NCBI GenBank assembly: GCA_017883965.1
Contig: JAFNKG010000001.1
Location: forward strand, 14,893 to 78,892
Length of the DNA stretch: 64,000 nucleotides
Source: Candidatus Methanophagales archaeon
GTDB lineage: Archaea > Halobacteriota > Syntropharchaeia > Alkanophagales > Methanospirareceae
Direction: 5' to 3'
The notes beneath the pieces were generated by a model, which did no database searches, was not told the DNA's origin, and saw nothing but the letters and a program-made list of their open reading frames with translations. Shown here one piece after another: positions 54,776 through 64,000 of this stretch. A program made the translations under genes and the position numbers. Position 1 is the first letter of the stretch; each line of letters begins with the position of its first letter.

Positions 54776-55933
54776 TTATAATTCTTCCCCTTCTAACAAC
54801 CGCCCTAAAAATACCGCAAGGTCAACTATCTCAAAATTATATTCACATCCGCATTCTTCTTCTCCTTCCGCCTCTTTCTCTTTCTCCGTCTCCGTTTCGC
54901 GCTTCAAACAATTTAAATGTGACAAGCATTTCGGACAGGTGGTTATCAACGCATCCACTTCCTTATCTTTTACTTCATCCAGCCGGAAAGCTCTGAGTGC
55001 TTTACTCATATCATTGCAGTTCATCATCGCGCTAACACCACAGCAAAGAGAATTGTCTTTGGAGTGATTCAGTTCTACATATCTTGCCCCGGACTTCGTT
55101 ATCGCATCCCGTGGCGCTTCGTATAACTGAAAACGTTTCATTGCGCAGGGGTCATGGTATGTTACCGTTCTGGCACGATTATTCGCTTTTTCTAAATCTG
55201 GGAAATCCATTTTCTCGCTCAACGATAGTAATTGAGAAACATGTATAACCTCTACACCCATAGCTTCCAGTTCGTAATATCTCTTGAAAGTGAGGAAACA
55301 CTCAGCACAACTTACAACGAGCTTCTTTATCCCCATCTCCTTTATTTTTTTTGTATTGTAAGAAGCGAGCTGCTCGAAAACCTTATAATTGCCCTGATAA
55401 AGCACGTCATGTCCACAGCATTTCAAGCTTGCAATTCCTGGCTTTATCCCTATTTCATTCAGCAGCTTTACTGCGTAATCACCTATCTCATGAAAGTTCA
55501 CACCTACGTCCATAAACAGGTCGAAATAATCCAAACAGCCGGGGAAATAGCCATACTCGCTATTTTCAGCTATTTCACCTTTGAAATCCGTTGGCACACC
55601 TTTATCAAAGAAAGTCATGAAAGTGGCTATCTCGGAAAATACCCTGTGCGCTAAACTATCCTCGTTTACTCCTCCTTCGCTCCTCAAACCTAGTATAAGC
55701 GCTGGAAAATCCACTCCCTGTGGACATACAGCATAGCAATTGTCACAAATCAAACAGTTCCATTGCTCATTCTCATCTGTATCCGTATCCGTATCAAAGT
55801 CATATAAGAAGCTACGAGGATTGAATTTTGATACCCTGCGCATTGGACACGTCCCCGTGCATTGCCCGCATTGATAACAAAGCCTTGAAATACTCGAATA
55901 TCTTTGTGTAATGCTTTCGCTCTTTTTCGCCAT
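54776..55933 (-). CDS. HdrD-like iron-sulfur oxidoreductase (ferredoxin domain plus two CCG domains)
   Basis: CYQCGQCTGTCP and CLICDNCYAVCP clusters, then CCG-type Cys motifs. A DTDTDTD low-complexity insertion. Confidence 0.75.
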   Translation of the reverse strand: MAKKSESITQRYSSISRLCYQCGQCTGTCPMRRVSKFNPRSFLYDFDTDTDTDENEQWNCLICDNCYAVCPQGVDFPALILGLRSEGGVNEDSLAHRVFSEIATFMTFFDKGVPTDFKGEIAENSEYGYFPGCLDYFDLFMDVGVNFHEIGDYAVKLLNEIGIKPGIASLKCCGHDVLYQGNYKVFEQLASYNTKKIKEMGIKKLVVSCAECFLTFKRYYELEAMGVEVIHVSQLLSLSEKMDFPDLEKANNRARTVTYHDPCAMKRFQLYEAPRDAITKSGARYVELNHSKDNSLCCGVSAMMNCNDMSKALRAFRLDEVKDKEVDALITTCPKCLSHLNCLKRETETEKEKEAEGEEECGCEYNFEIVDLAVFLGRLLEGEEL

Positions 55934-55994
55934 AGTATAAATGAAAAACTATATATACTACTATTATGAAAAGACTTACTTATTTGTCCCTGCA

Positions 55995-57278
55995 TCAAAA
56001 AATTTTGCTTATCTTCGCCTTCGCACCCATTTCTTCATCTATCCGCAACAACTGATTGTATTTACCAGCCCTTTCGCTTCTTGCGGGTGCACCGGTTTTT
56101 ATTATCTCTGCGTTTATCGCAACCGAGAAATCGGCGATGAGCGTATCCTCAGTCTCGCCAGACCTATGGCTGACTACTTTCTTATATCCGTTTTCAGAAG
56201 CCAATTTAACGGCATCCAGAGTTTCCGAAATACTGCCTATTTGATTCAACTTAAGCAGAATGGCATTTGCCGCTTTTTTCGTTATACCCTCTTGAAGTCG
56301 CTTAACGTTTGTCACGAACAGGTCATCGCCAACTATTATTTTCCGTGGCATCCTCATCGTGAGTTCCGCAAATAACTCGAATGAATCCTCTTCAAATGGG
56401 TCTTCTATCAATTCTATCGGATATTTCTCCACGAGAGCTTGATAGAAGTCAATCAGTTCAGAGCCGTCTTTATCCATGCCGTCTATCACGTATTTTCGCT
56501 TCGCCGCGTCGAAGAAAGAAGAAGCCGCCGCATCCATGCCCAACCGTATTTCGTCCTCAGAATAACCAGATTCGCTTATCGCTTCCGTTATCGCATCAAG
56601 TGGCTGAACAGTCTCACGCATAGGCGGTGCATAGCCACCCTCATCTCCCACATTCGTAGCTATTTTACCGTATTTCGCCGCCAACACTTTTTTAAGTGCG
56701 TGATAAGTCTCAACACCAGCCCTTAAATTATCGCTGAACCTGTCAAAACCTATGGGTAGGATAATAAACTCCTGTATGCTCAGCTCGTTACCTGCATGCT
56801 GTCCGCCGTTTATCACGTTCATCATCGGTACCGGAAGCTCATACTGTAGCTCCATCCCGGCGACGTCCTCACAGACATATTCAAAGAGCGGCTTTTTTAA
56901 CGAATCCGCCGCCGCTTTACAAACCGCCATCGAGGTTCCGAGAATAGAATTCGCACCCAAGCTCGACTTGTTTTCCGTTCCATCCAGTTCTATCAGCCGC
57001 TCATCTATGTCCCGCTGTTCGAGAGCGTCCATTCCAATTAGTTCGTTTTTTATCACTGTATTCACGGCTTCAACCGCTTTGAGAACTCCTTTGCCGCCAT
57101 ATCTTTTCTTGTCGCCGTTTCGTTTCTCCCACGCCTCTTTACTTCCGGTAGATGCCCCCGAAGGCACACTCGCTCTGCCAAATCCGTCCGCTGTATGCAC
57201 TTCTACTTCTATGGTCGGATTTCCACGAGAATCCAGAATCTCTCTTCCTTTTATTTCCTTTATCTCTATTACTCTCAT
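55995..57278 (-). CDS. eno: enolase
   Basis: REILDSRGNPTIEVEV N-terminus and the SHRSGETED active-site motif. Confidence 0.9.
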   Translation of the reverse strand: MRVIEIKEIKGREILDSRGNPTIEVEVHTADGFGRASVPSGASTGSKEAWEKRNGDKKRYGGKGVLKAVEAVNTVIKNELIGMDALEQRDIDERLIELDGTENKSSLGANSILGTSMAVCKAAADSLKKPLFEYVCEDVAGMELQYELPVPMMNVINGGQHAGNELSIQEFIILPIGFDRFSDNLRAGVETYHALKKVLAAKYGKIATNVGDEGGYAPPMRETVQPLDAITEAISESGYSEDEIRLGMDAAASSFFDAAKRKYVIDGMDKDGSELIDFYQALVEKYPIELIEDPFEEDSFELFAELTMRMPRKIIVGDDLFVTNVKRLQEGITKKAANAILLKLNQIGSISETLDAVKLASENGYKKVVSHRSGETEDTLIADFSVAINAEIIKTGAPARSERAGKYNQLLRIDEEMGAKAKISKIF

Positions 57279-57391
57279 AATTAATCTATTTCTCCAATAG
57301 CAATTTCAAACTTTTTATCTTTATTTTTATTATAGTTCTTTATCGTGTATTTTTCTATAAGCTAAAATGGGGTAAAGAAGGAAAATTACAG

Positions 57392-59041
57392 ATGAAGGCA
57401 AAAGCAAACGAGGAAAAAACAGAAACAACGAATAGGGTGCTTGTAACAGACCATATTTCAGAAGAGGGGATAAAAAAGCTGAAGGAGTTTGCAGAAGTTG
57501 ACATTGAATTAGAATTGAGCAGGGAAGATTTAAAGGAGCGTATTGCGGGCTATGATGCGTTAATCGTGAGAAGTGGCACGAAAGTGACGCAGGAAATAAT
57601 AGAAGCAGGGAGCATCGGCAGATTAAAGGTAATAGGCAGAGCAGGTGTCGGCGTGGATAACATAGACGTGGAAACAGCGACGGAAAAAGGAATTATGGTG
57701 GTGAATGCGCCGGAAGCAAATACTATATCTGCCGCGGAACATACCATCGCAATGCTGTTCAGCCTTTCGCGAAAAATACCGGCTGCGAATCTGTCGCTGA
57801 AATCAAGGAAGTGGGAGAGAAAAAAGCACATGGGTGTGGAAGTAAATGGCAAGGTATTAGGCATAATAGGTCTGGGAAGAGTGGGGAGTGAAGTAGCGAA
57901 GAGGGGAAAAGGGCTTGGAATGAGAGTCGTTGCTTACGACCCCTTTATATCATTGGAGAGCGCGAGAGAGCTTGGAATTGCTCTTTTAAGTTTTACTGAG
58001 GTTCTTTCTGCTGCTGATTATATATCACTGCATACACCACTGACAAAGGACACGCATCACCTGATAGGTAAGAAAGAGTTCGAGTTGATGAAAGACGGTG
58101 TTCGTGTGATAAATTGTGCGAGGGGTGGGATATTAGATGAGGATGCGCTGAAGGATGCGATAAAGAGCGGTAAAGTAGCAGAAGCGGCTCTGGATGTATT
58201 CGAGCACGAGCCACCCGATGAAAGTGAATTACTGGAACTGGAAGAAGTAATTGTTACGCCTCATCTGGGTGCATCCACGGAGGAAGCGCAGAAGGCTGCC
58301 GCTATGGTTATTTCAGAGGAGGTAATAGAGGCGTTGAAGAACAAGCCAGTAAGGAATGCCGTGAACATGATATACGTCGAAGAGGAGTTGATGGACGCTA
58401 TAAAGCCTTATTTAGTATTAGCAGAGAAACTCGGGCGACTCTGTGCACAGCTCATACCAAAATCGAGTAGGCTTGAGCAATTTGACGTTTCTTATGAAGG
58501 AGAAATAGGAATGGCAACACACATAGGGAAAAACACGAGATTGATAACCGTAGCAATGCTGAAGAGTTATCTCTCATGGTTCACCAATGGTGTGAATTAT
58601 GTGAATGCCGATGTAATAGCGAAGAATTTCGGGATAAAAGTTACGGAAAGCAAGACAGAGGACGTTGAAAATTTCTCCTCTTTGATTAGCATTACAGCGA
58701 GCACGCGGATAGAAGATGAAGCGAAAAAAAGGACCGTTGCAGGCACACTCTTTGGAAAAAACGACCCAAGAATAGTGAAAATAGATGGGTTCCGGGTGGA
58801 TGCATCTCCTTCTGGCTACATGCTTATATGCTCCTTCTTCGATAAGCCAAGGGTGATAGGTCCTGTTTGCATGATTTTAGGCGACCGCGGCATAAACATA
58901 GCCGGAATGCAGGTGGGAAGGGAGGAAGTAGGAGGCGAAGCTGTTATGGTGCTTAATGTGGACAGCCCCGTCGACGAGGACACCATAGAAGATATAAAAG
59001 AGGTTAAGAACATCTTTGACATTAAGCTTGTGAAGTTGTAA
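57392..59041 (+). CDS. serA: D-3-phosphoglycerate dehydrogenase with a C-terminal ACT domain
   Basis: GLGRVGSEVA NAD motif, catalytic domain, ASB/ACT C-terminus. 549 aa. Confidence 0.9.
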   Translation: MKAKANEEKTETTNRVLVTDHISEEGIKKLKEFAEVDIELELSREDLKERIAGYDALIVRSGTKVTQEIIEAGSIGRLKVIGRAGVGVDNIDVETATEKGIMVVNAPEANTISAAEHTIAMLFSLSRKIPAANLSLKSRKWERKKHMGVEVNGKVLGIIGLGRVGSEVAKRGKGLGMRVVAYDPFISLESARELGIALLSFTEVLSAADYISLHTPLTKDTHHLIGKKEFELMKDGVRVINCARGGILDEDALKDAIKSGKVAEAALDVFEHEPPDESELLELEEVIVTPHLGASTEEAQKAAAMVISEEVIEALKNKPVRNAVNMIYVEEELMDAIKPYLVLAEKLGRLCAQLIPKSSRLEQFDVSYEGEIGMATHIGKNTRLITVAMLKSYLSWFTNGVNYVNADVIAKNFGIKVTESKTEDVENFSSLISITASTRIEDEAKKRTVAGTLFGKNDPRIVKIDGFRVDASPSGYMLICSFFDKPRVIGPVCMILGDRGINIAGMQVGREEVGGEAVMVLNVDSPVDEDTIEDIKEVKNIFDIKLVKL

Positions 59042-59065
59042 GAGGTAAGACGGTAAAAAGAAACG

Positions 59066-59419
59066 ATGAGAAAGAGAAAAAAAGTAAAATTTGAGCGATA
59101 TGGGTGGTGGAAAAAGAAGAAATTGAGTAAGAGCTGGAGAAGACCTCGTGGCAGGGATAATAAGATGAGGCGGCATATAGCGGCGAAAGGTGCAAGGGTG
59201 AAAGCAGGATACAGGAGAAAGAAAGAAGAAAGGGGGCTACATCCTTCAGGGTGGAGAGAAGTGCTTGTTTTCAATACGAATGGCCTTGCTAAGGTAGAAG
59301 TTGCAAGAGAGGAAATAGCAGTGCGAATAGCATCAAGTGTTGGAAGGAGAAAGAGGGAAGCGATAGAGGCGGAAGCAGCCACGCTTGGTATAAAGGTGCT
59401 TAATCCTATGCGAGCATAA
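59066..59419 (+). CDS. rpl32e: 50S ribosomal protein L32e
   Basis: 117 aa basic protein. WRRPRGRDNKMRR...GYRRKKEERGLHPSG...VLVFN matches eL32. Confidence 0.7.
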   Translation: MRKRKKVKFERYGWWKKKKLSKSWRRPRGRDNKMRRHIAAKGARVKAGYRRKKEERGLHPSGWREVLVFNTNGLAKVEVAREEIAVRIASSVGRRKREAIEAEAATLGIKVLNPMRA

Positions 59420-59505
59420 CAAATATCTCTTAAAAATCCCAATGTCAAAAAAGCCCTTATATGCCATAAATTTGGCAGACGTAAGAGAATGCCCCAGAAA
59501 TCGGG

Positions 59506-59580
59506 ATGAAGATATACAAATTAGATTGGGATGAAGAAAACATCTCTCACATTGCTGAGCATAACGTAACCAAAATCTAA
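59506..59580 (+). pseudogene. truncated remnant of a BrnT-like toxin gene
   Basis: The 24-codon ORF MKIYKLDWDEENISHIAEHNVTKI* reproduces the BrnT N-terminal motif (compare IVWDEKAIEHIRRHGV) and then stops. It ends 6 nt upstream of the ZnF-AbrB gene. Confidence 0.5.
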
Positions 59581-59586
59581 ATAATT

Positions 59587-60042
59587 ATGAGAGCAGAGAA
59601 ATTCAAAACGGAAAAAGAAGAAGCGGAATACTGGAACCAGATAGATACAACAACCTTAGATTTAGAGGAAGTTGAATTGGAATACGAACCAGGAATACCG
59701 GATAATATATGTGTGATTTGTGGAGAGGAAATGGAAGAAAGAAAGATGAATGTTGAAGCTTTTGGTGGTAAGATTACTATTCATGGCGTAAAGAAATATC
59801 ATTGCAAAAAATGTAACAGGTTTACAATTGGCTCTGAAAAGGCCGAAAGGCTATCTCAAATGCTAACAAGATTACGGCAAAGAGAAGATAGTATATTAGA
59901 ATCCATGTGCGTTATTGATTTTGACAATGAAGGGTACTTTGTTAGAATTCCTATCGAATTGGCAAATAGGATTGGAATTGAGAAAAAAGACCGGGCAAGA
60001 ATTTGTGTTGAAGGTAAAAAGATAATTTTAGAGTTTGAATAA
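59587..60042 (+). CDS. YgiT/MqsA-type zinc-ribbon protein fused to a C-terminal AbrB/MazE-like swapped-hairpin domain
   Basis: CVICGE...ITIHGV...HCKKCN ribbon, paralogous to 41605-41925. The C-terminus VRIPIELANRIGIEKKDRARICVEGKKIILEFE is AbrB/SpoVT-like. Confidence 0.6.
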   Translation: MRAEKFKTEKEEAEYWNQIDTTTLDLEEVELEYEPGIPDNICVICGEEMEERKMNVEAFGGKITIHGVKKYHCKKCNRFTIGSEKAERLSQMLTRLRQREDSILESMCVIDFDNEGYFVRIPIELANRIGIEKKDRARICVEGKKIILEFE

Positions 60043-60046
60043 TAAA

Positions 60047-60721
60047 CTACGCTATCTCCGTGCCTCGATGTTTCCCGTGAACTGCATCTAAAATATTACG
60101 AGGGTTACTTCCGTCAATGACGATGGTCTTTATTCCGCTTCTTTCTATTATTTTCGCTGCAACAGGGTCTATAACAATTCTCGAGCCTGCTTTTAGTTCC
60201 TCTTTCATTGTTAGGGCTACGAGTTCCTTTGGCGTGAGCTTGTCGTATTTTCTCGCATCTGAATACATGCGAGGGTCTGCATCATAGACGCCATCTACCG
60301 ATGTCACATCTATAAGCAGGTCTGCATTTACGTATTCAGCGAGAATCGCAGCCACTGCATCGGTTGTATAACCCGGGCTTACGCCACCCATCACTGCTAT
60401 TTTCGCACTTTCGCCTTTCATCGCAGCCTTAGCCACTGCAACTTCTTTATAATCTGAGAAAGGTTCAGGATACGCATCTTTTAAAGCAGAAATAAGCAAT
60501 CTGGCGTTTATTCTTGCCACCGCTATGCCTATATAATCGCAAAAAGCTTCGTTCGCACCAAGATCACGTGCTATTTTTATACGTTCACGTGCTATTTCGC
60601 CACCACCGGTAACCATGTATAGATTGCATGATTTCGCAAGCTCCTCTAATACCGATGCAATCTTTTTTATGCTCTCAGCATCCGAGAAAAAAATACCGCC
60701 CAACGAAACGACAACTTTCAT
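60047..60721 (-). CDS. pyrH: uridylate (UMP) kinase, archaeal type
   Basis: Amino-acid-kinase fold (VVSLGG...MVTGGG) with an archaeal PyrH-like layout. Confidence 0.85.
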   Translation of the reverse strand: MKVVVSLGGIFFSDAESIKKIASVLEELAKSCNLYMVTGGGEIARERIKIARDLGANEAFCDYIGIAVARINARLLISALKDAYPEPFSDYKEVAVAKAAMKGESAKIAVMGGVSPGYTTDAVAAILAEYVNADLLIDVTSVDGVYDADPRMYSDARKYDKLTPKELVALTMKEELKAGSRIVIDPVAAKIIERSGIKTIVIDGSNPRNILDAVHGKHRGTEIA

Positions 60722-60776
60722 GTTATCATTTCCTCACTCTTTTTCATTAATAAACCTTTCTTTAAAAAAGGAAAAA

Positions 60777-60962
60777 ATGTGCGAATCGAGTGTGCTAATA
60801 GAAAAAGAAGGAAGAAGAGAATTGCTGATGGAGGATGTGGTTCATGTGGAAGTTGATGGTGAAGATATAAAACTCACGGGAATCTTGGGCGAGACACGAG
60901 ACACAAAAGGTAGGCTAAAGGAAATAAATCTGATGAAGCATACGATAGTGATAGAAGAATGA
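60777..60962 (+). CDS. CooT-like small putative nickel-binding protein
   Basis: 61 aa starting with Met-Cys (MCESSVLIEKEGRRELLMEDVVHVEV...). Size and Cys2 position are as in CooT. The longer ORF-track start was rejected. Confidence 0.4.
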   Translation: MCESSVLIEKEGRRELLMEDVVHVEVDGEDIKLTGILGETRDTKGRLKEINLMKHTIVIEE

Positions 60963-61630
60963 TGCACCTCGTTATAGAAGATGGAGTGCGGGAAAAATTC
61001 GAGATATGCGTTGGCATTGCGGAGATAAGAGGCGTGAGACAACAGGGAAGCGATGAAATAAGCAAAGAAATAGTAGAAGTAGCGACGGAAATAAAAAGCA
61101 GATATAGAATTGACGCAGTGAAGGAGATAAGAACAATCAGAATGCAAAGGGACTTCTTCTGGAGAATGGGTATTGACCCGACAAAAGTCCGACCGGCGTC
61201 AGAGGCATTGCTGAGAAGGATTTTGCTGAATAAGGGGCTGCCGAGGGTATCGCCAATTGTGGATGCCTATAATCTTGCATCAGTGAAGACACTGCTTACC
61301 TTCAGCGCTTTTGACCTCGAGCGAATAGCCCCGCCTTTGTCTGTGAGGTTTTCGAGAGAGGGTGAGGCGGTGACTTTGATAGGGAACAGGCGAAAGGAAT
61401 TAACGGGCAAAGAGATAGTCCTCGGTGATTCTGAGAAAATTTTATGCGTGTATGTGCATGGTGATGTGGAAGAAACGAAGGTAACGGATGCTACGAAGAA
61501 CGTGCTTTTAGTTGCTTATGGTATCCCGGGAATGTCGAAGGACGAACTCAAAGAAGGCGTAATCGCAGCATCGAATTACATAAAGAGGTTTGCGGGTGGA
61601 GAGGTTGTGATGGCGGAGGTGTATGAATAA
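60959..61630 (+). CDS. B3/4-domain protein (COG3382-like)
   Basis: 223 aa with similarity to the PheT B3/4 domain. Start overlaps the upstream stop. Confidence 0.55.
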   Translation: MMHLVIEDGVREKFEICVGIAEIRGVRQQGSDEISKEIVEVATEIKSRYRIDAVKEIRTIRMQRDFFWRMGIDPTKVRPASEALLRRILLNKGLPRVSPIVDAYNLASVKTLLTFSAFDLERIAPPLSVRFSREGEAVTLIGNRRKELTGKEIVLGDSEKILCVYVHGDVEETKVTDATKNVLLVAYGIPGMSKDELKEGVIAASNYIKRFAGGEVVMAEVYE

Positions 61631-61672
61631 GAGGTATTTTTCCAAAGAAAGTTTGTTGGATTACGAAATACA

Positions 61673-61747
61673 TGGGCCCGAAGGGATTCGAACCCTTGAC
61701 CGCCCGGTTATGAGCCGGGCGCTCTAACCATGCTAAGCTACGGGCCC
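61673..61747 (-). tRNA. tRNA-Met, elongator type (anticodon CAT; could alternatively be tRNA-Ile2)
   Basis: Reverse complement folds as a cloverleaf. Acceptor stem GGGCCCG, anticodon loop CUCAUAA, T-loop UUCGAAU. The G1:C72 pair argues against an initiator tRNA. Confidence 0.85.
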
Positions 61748-61815
61748 CTTTCTTTTAATTATCATTTGTCCTTTTCCATATAAATTACTTGTTTATTAAT
61801 ATGCCTAGCACATCA

Positions 61816-63669
61816 TTAAAACGTCCATCCGCTTAACCATCTTAAACTCTCCTTATATTCATACGCTACCGGGTAACCCGATATTGCGGGATAGAAGAGT
61901 AAGAAAAGAACTGCTGTCAAAATAAGGAAAGCGATGACAATACACTTAAAGAAAAGACTTCTTCTCTTCGATGACCATTCCTTCTCAAAAGAGAGATTCA
62001 ACCAATAAGTAAGTGCAAATATCATAAACGGCACGTTAGCGACAAAATGATAGATGAACAAGATTCTCGTGATAAGTGCGTAAGAGAGCCATTGTAGTAG
62101 AAAAGGAACGAGAATGAAGAGGTAAACGTAACTATGCCAGTGCTCATGATGCTCCGTTTTCCTTACCTTATCCGCTACAAACTTTGCCGCAATTAAAATC
62201 AAAGCCAGAATGCTTCCCCACCATATCGCTGGATTACCCATCAAAACAATTGTCGAAACTGTTCCGTCTAAACTGTTAAAATACAACCAGAGCGGTTTAA
62301 GCATGAGGTGCCATGACCACCAGGACGAAGAGAAAGGATGCGTCGCTTCAATCCCTGCATGATATACAAACATGCCCAGTTGCAGATCAAAAACGGTTAA
62401 TGGTATGGGCGGAACAATACTCACATTGCCTCCGGACATGTATTCAGATGTGTATCGCAGGTATAGCGGAAACCTGTGAATAGCCAGAAGCCCATGTCCA
62501 CCACCCGAAAACATGTATGGAATATAAGTCGCGATATAAATAGCCGCGGAAACGAATAGCGCCGCTAAAATTATTTTAAAATCGCTAAAAATCGGCTTAC
62601 TATTTCTTAAATTGCTGACTAATAAAAGAATCAAAATTGCTACTAAACCAAAAACAGCGGTCCATTTCACGGTAAAGCAAAGACCGAAGAAAATAATGCT
62701 GATAAAAAGAGAAGTGGACGTTCCTTTTTTTTCTCCGCTCCCCCCTCCTCCCTCTTCTCTTCTGTAGAAGTAATCGAAGGCAAAGTAGAACATCAATAAA
62801 GAAAAAAGAAGGATGTATATTTCTCCTGTCGCCAACCTCGCCAATGAGAAATGCATAAACTCGAAGGTTAAGAGGAAAGCAGCGAAGAAGCCCGCTACTG
62901 AACTCCCAAACATGCGCTTACCAAAAAAAAACATTATCGGTATCATCGCTGTTGCGGCTAAAACGCCTAAGATCCGCCAGCCAAATGGATTCATTCCGAA
63001 GCACAAGATGCCAAGGGCTATTATAAGCTTTCCAAGTGGTGGATGCGTGGTTTCATACGGCTCTTCGAGATTCAAATGCTCTTCCGCGGTTCGCACAAAA
63101 TACATCTCGTCAAAGTAAGCGCCATATTTTTGTGTAATCGGCAGTTTTATCATCTCTTGCTCATCAACTAATCTCGTAGCATTTTCTACGCTTACTTCTA
63201 CGGGCTCTATCTTTTTATTCTCTGCGGAAATCACCAAAATCTCGCCTATTTTACCTTCTGATTCCTCGGCATCGAACACGAACTTGAGAAATCTGGTGCT
63301 TGTATTACCTAAATCTCTTTTATCCCATGAGCAAAAATGCACGTTCTTTGCGGGGTCGTTGTCATAAGATAGAAGTTTATTCCATTCTTCTGGCTGTTGC
63401 TTCGGCTCTCCCACGCCACTGCCATAAAGATCAAACTTCGTTCGTTTCGCATCCGCTAAGAAGATATAAACCTCTTTTACCTGCTGAACGCTACCAAAAT
63501 CAAAAACAACTTGAATCTCTTCTTCTCCCGAAATCCCCGTTCCCGCTTGTGATGGCTGCCATGAGGAAGAAGGCATCGCGACAGAACCCATATTAAGGGA
63601 TGCAAAAAACAGAAAAAGGACTGCAAGTGCGGTTATTGATGCGAGTTCCCAGCGCTTTATTCCTTTCAT
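61816..63669 (-). CDS. GT39/PMT-like dolichyl-phosphate-mannose protein mannosyltransferase-family membrane glycosyltransferase
   Basis: 617 aa polytopic protein. YFDEMYFVRTAEEHL...THPPLGKL matches the PMT/GT39 loop-1 motif. Confidence 0.7.
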   Translation of the reverse strand: MKGIKRWELASITALAVLFLFFASLNMGSVAMPSSSWQPSQAGTGISGEEEIQVVFDFGSVQQVKEVYIFLADAKRTKFDLYGSGVGEPKQQPEEWNKLLSYDNDPAKNVHFCSWDKRDLGNTSTRFLKFVFDAEESEGKIGEILVISAENKKIEPVEVSVENATRLVDEQEMIKLPITQKYGAYFDEMYFVRTAEEHLNLEEPYETTHPPLGKLIIALGILCFGMNPFGWRILGVLAATAMIPIMFFFGKRMFGSSVAGFFAAFLLTFEFMHFSLARLATGEIYILLFSLLMFYFAFDYFYRREEGGGGSGEKKGTSTSLFISIIFFGLCFTVKWTAVFGLVAILILLLVSNLRNSKPIFSDFKIILAALFVSAAIYIATYIPYMFSGGGHGLLAIHRFPLYLRYTSEYMSGGNVSIVPPIPLTVFDLQLGMFVYHAGIEATHPFSSSWWSWHLMLKPLWLYFNSLDGTVSTIVLMGNPAIWWGSILALILIAAKFVADKVRKTEHHEHWHSYVYLFILVPFLLQWLSYALITRILFIYHFVANVPFMIFALTYWLNLSFEKEWSSKRRSLFFKCIVIAFLILTAVLFLLFYPAISGYPVAYEYKESLRWLSGWTF

Positions 63670-63761
63670 CTATGCAGAACAAAAAGATACTTTTATATAT
63701 AATATGAAACTATTTACGAATCAAATATGCATCTGCACGAGCTATAAAACAATGAAAATAG

Positions 63762-64000
63762 CTTTTTACTATCGAAACGTAACTGGTGGTATAAAAACAC
63801 ATGTTGAAGCGCTTTCGCATGAATTCGAGAGATTAGGGCATGAAGTAAGGAGAATAGACCAGTTTGCGCTTGGCTCTTACATGCTTGGCAATTCCTCAGG
63901 CGGTATTTCTTATGGTTTTGACTTCTCGCTAAGAAAGATAAAAAAGGAGGTGGAAGACTGTGATATTCTCCATATACATCATGCAGCTACGTTTTCAGAA
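63762..64000 (+). CDS. GT4-family glycosyltransferase, N-terminal fragment (continues beyond the window)
   Basis: MKIAFYYRNVTGGIKTHVEALSHEFERLGHEV matches the GT-B GT4 N-terminus. Open to the window end. Confidence 0.55.

Noticed and set aside
60615-60962. 115-aa ORF-track form of the CooT-like gene
   Set aside because: The upstream 54 codons overlap the pyrH start on the opposite strand and are low-complexity. The conserved Met-Cys start is internal.

Overview
This 64 kb window reads as archaeal and euryarchaeal DNA. Taxon markers are TBP, TFB, ribosomal proteins L15, L21e and L32e, SecY, CofG, MvhD-HdrA, and CO dehydrogenase subunits CdhA and CdhB. It also carries an archaeal-type Ccm system I whose CcmE has the CxxxY motif. 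Together these point to a methanogen- or methanotroph-like Methanosarcinales-related organism, though the taxon call is low confidence. Coding density is high and there are two tRNAs.

Four things stand out.

(1) One minus-strand operon runs cdhA, an FrhB/FpoF-like F420 subunit, a truncated HdrA-like flavoprotein, an HdrA2-MvhD fusion, then cdhB, with no cdhCDE. This looks like a CODH coupled to an HdrA flavin-bifurcation module rather than to acetyl-CoA synthase.

(2) Small two-gene modules are embedded in that operon and next to ccmCDE. Two are paralogous pairs of a ~78 aa protein plus a retropepsin-like DSGA aspartic protease. One is a BrnT-like toxin whose partner is a YgiT-type zinc-ribbon protein instead of BrnA. 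A canonical BrnT/BrnA pair and a decayed BrnT remnant fused upstream of a ZnF-AbrB protein occur elsewhere in the window.

(3) There is a compatible-solute supercluster: a glycogen-type cluster with tandemly duplicated glycogen synthases, mpgS-mpgP for mannosylglycerate, two ~88% identical GH38 alpha-mannosidase paralogs, and ectABC with a divergent Lrp regulator. The two GH38 copies flank an inserted block. That block holds an AT-rich island (CN-hydrolase, Asp/Glu-racemase-family protein, ArsM-like methyltransferase), ectABC, and an AsnB-type amidotransferase. An ~85 bp promoter-like element is duplicated upstream of ectA and of the asnB-like gene.

(4) A bacterial-type four-helix-bundle (23S rRNA IVS protein) gene sits between inverted repeats that overlap the stop codons of both neighbouring genes.

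Smaller observations: short intergenic repeat families, dipeptide-repeat insertions that differ between paralogs, a solitary Rad50-like zinc-hook ATPase, and a fragmented ribosomal-protein operon.
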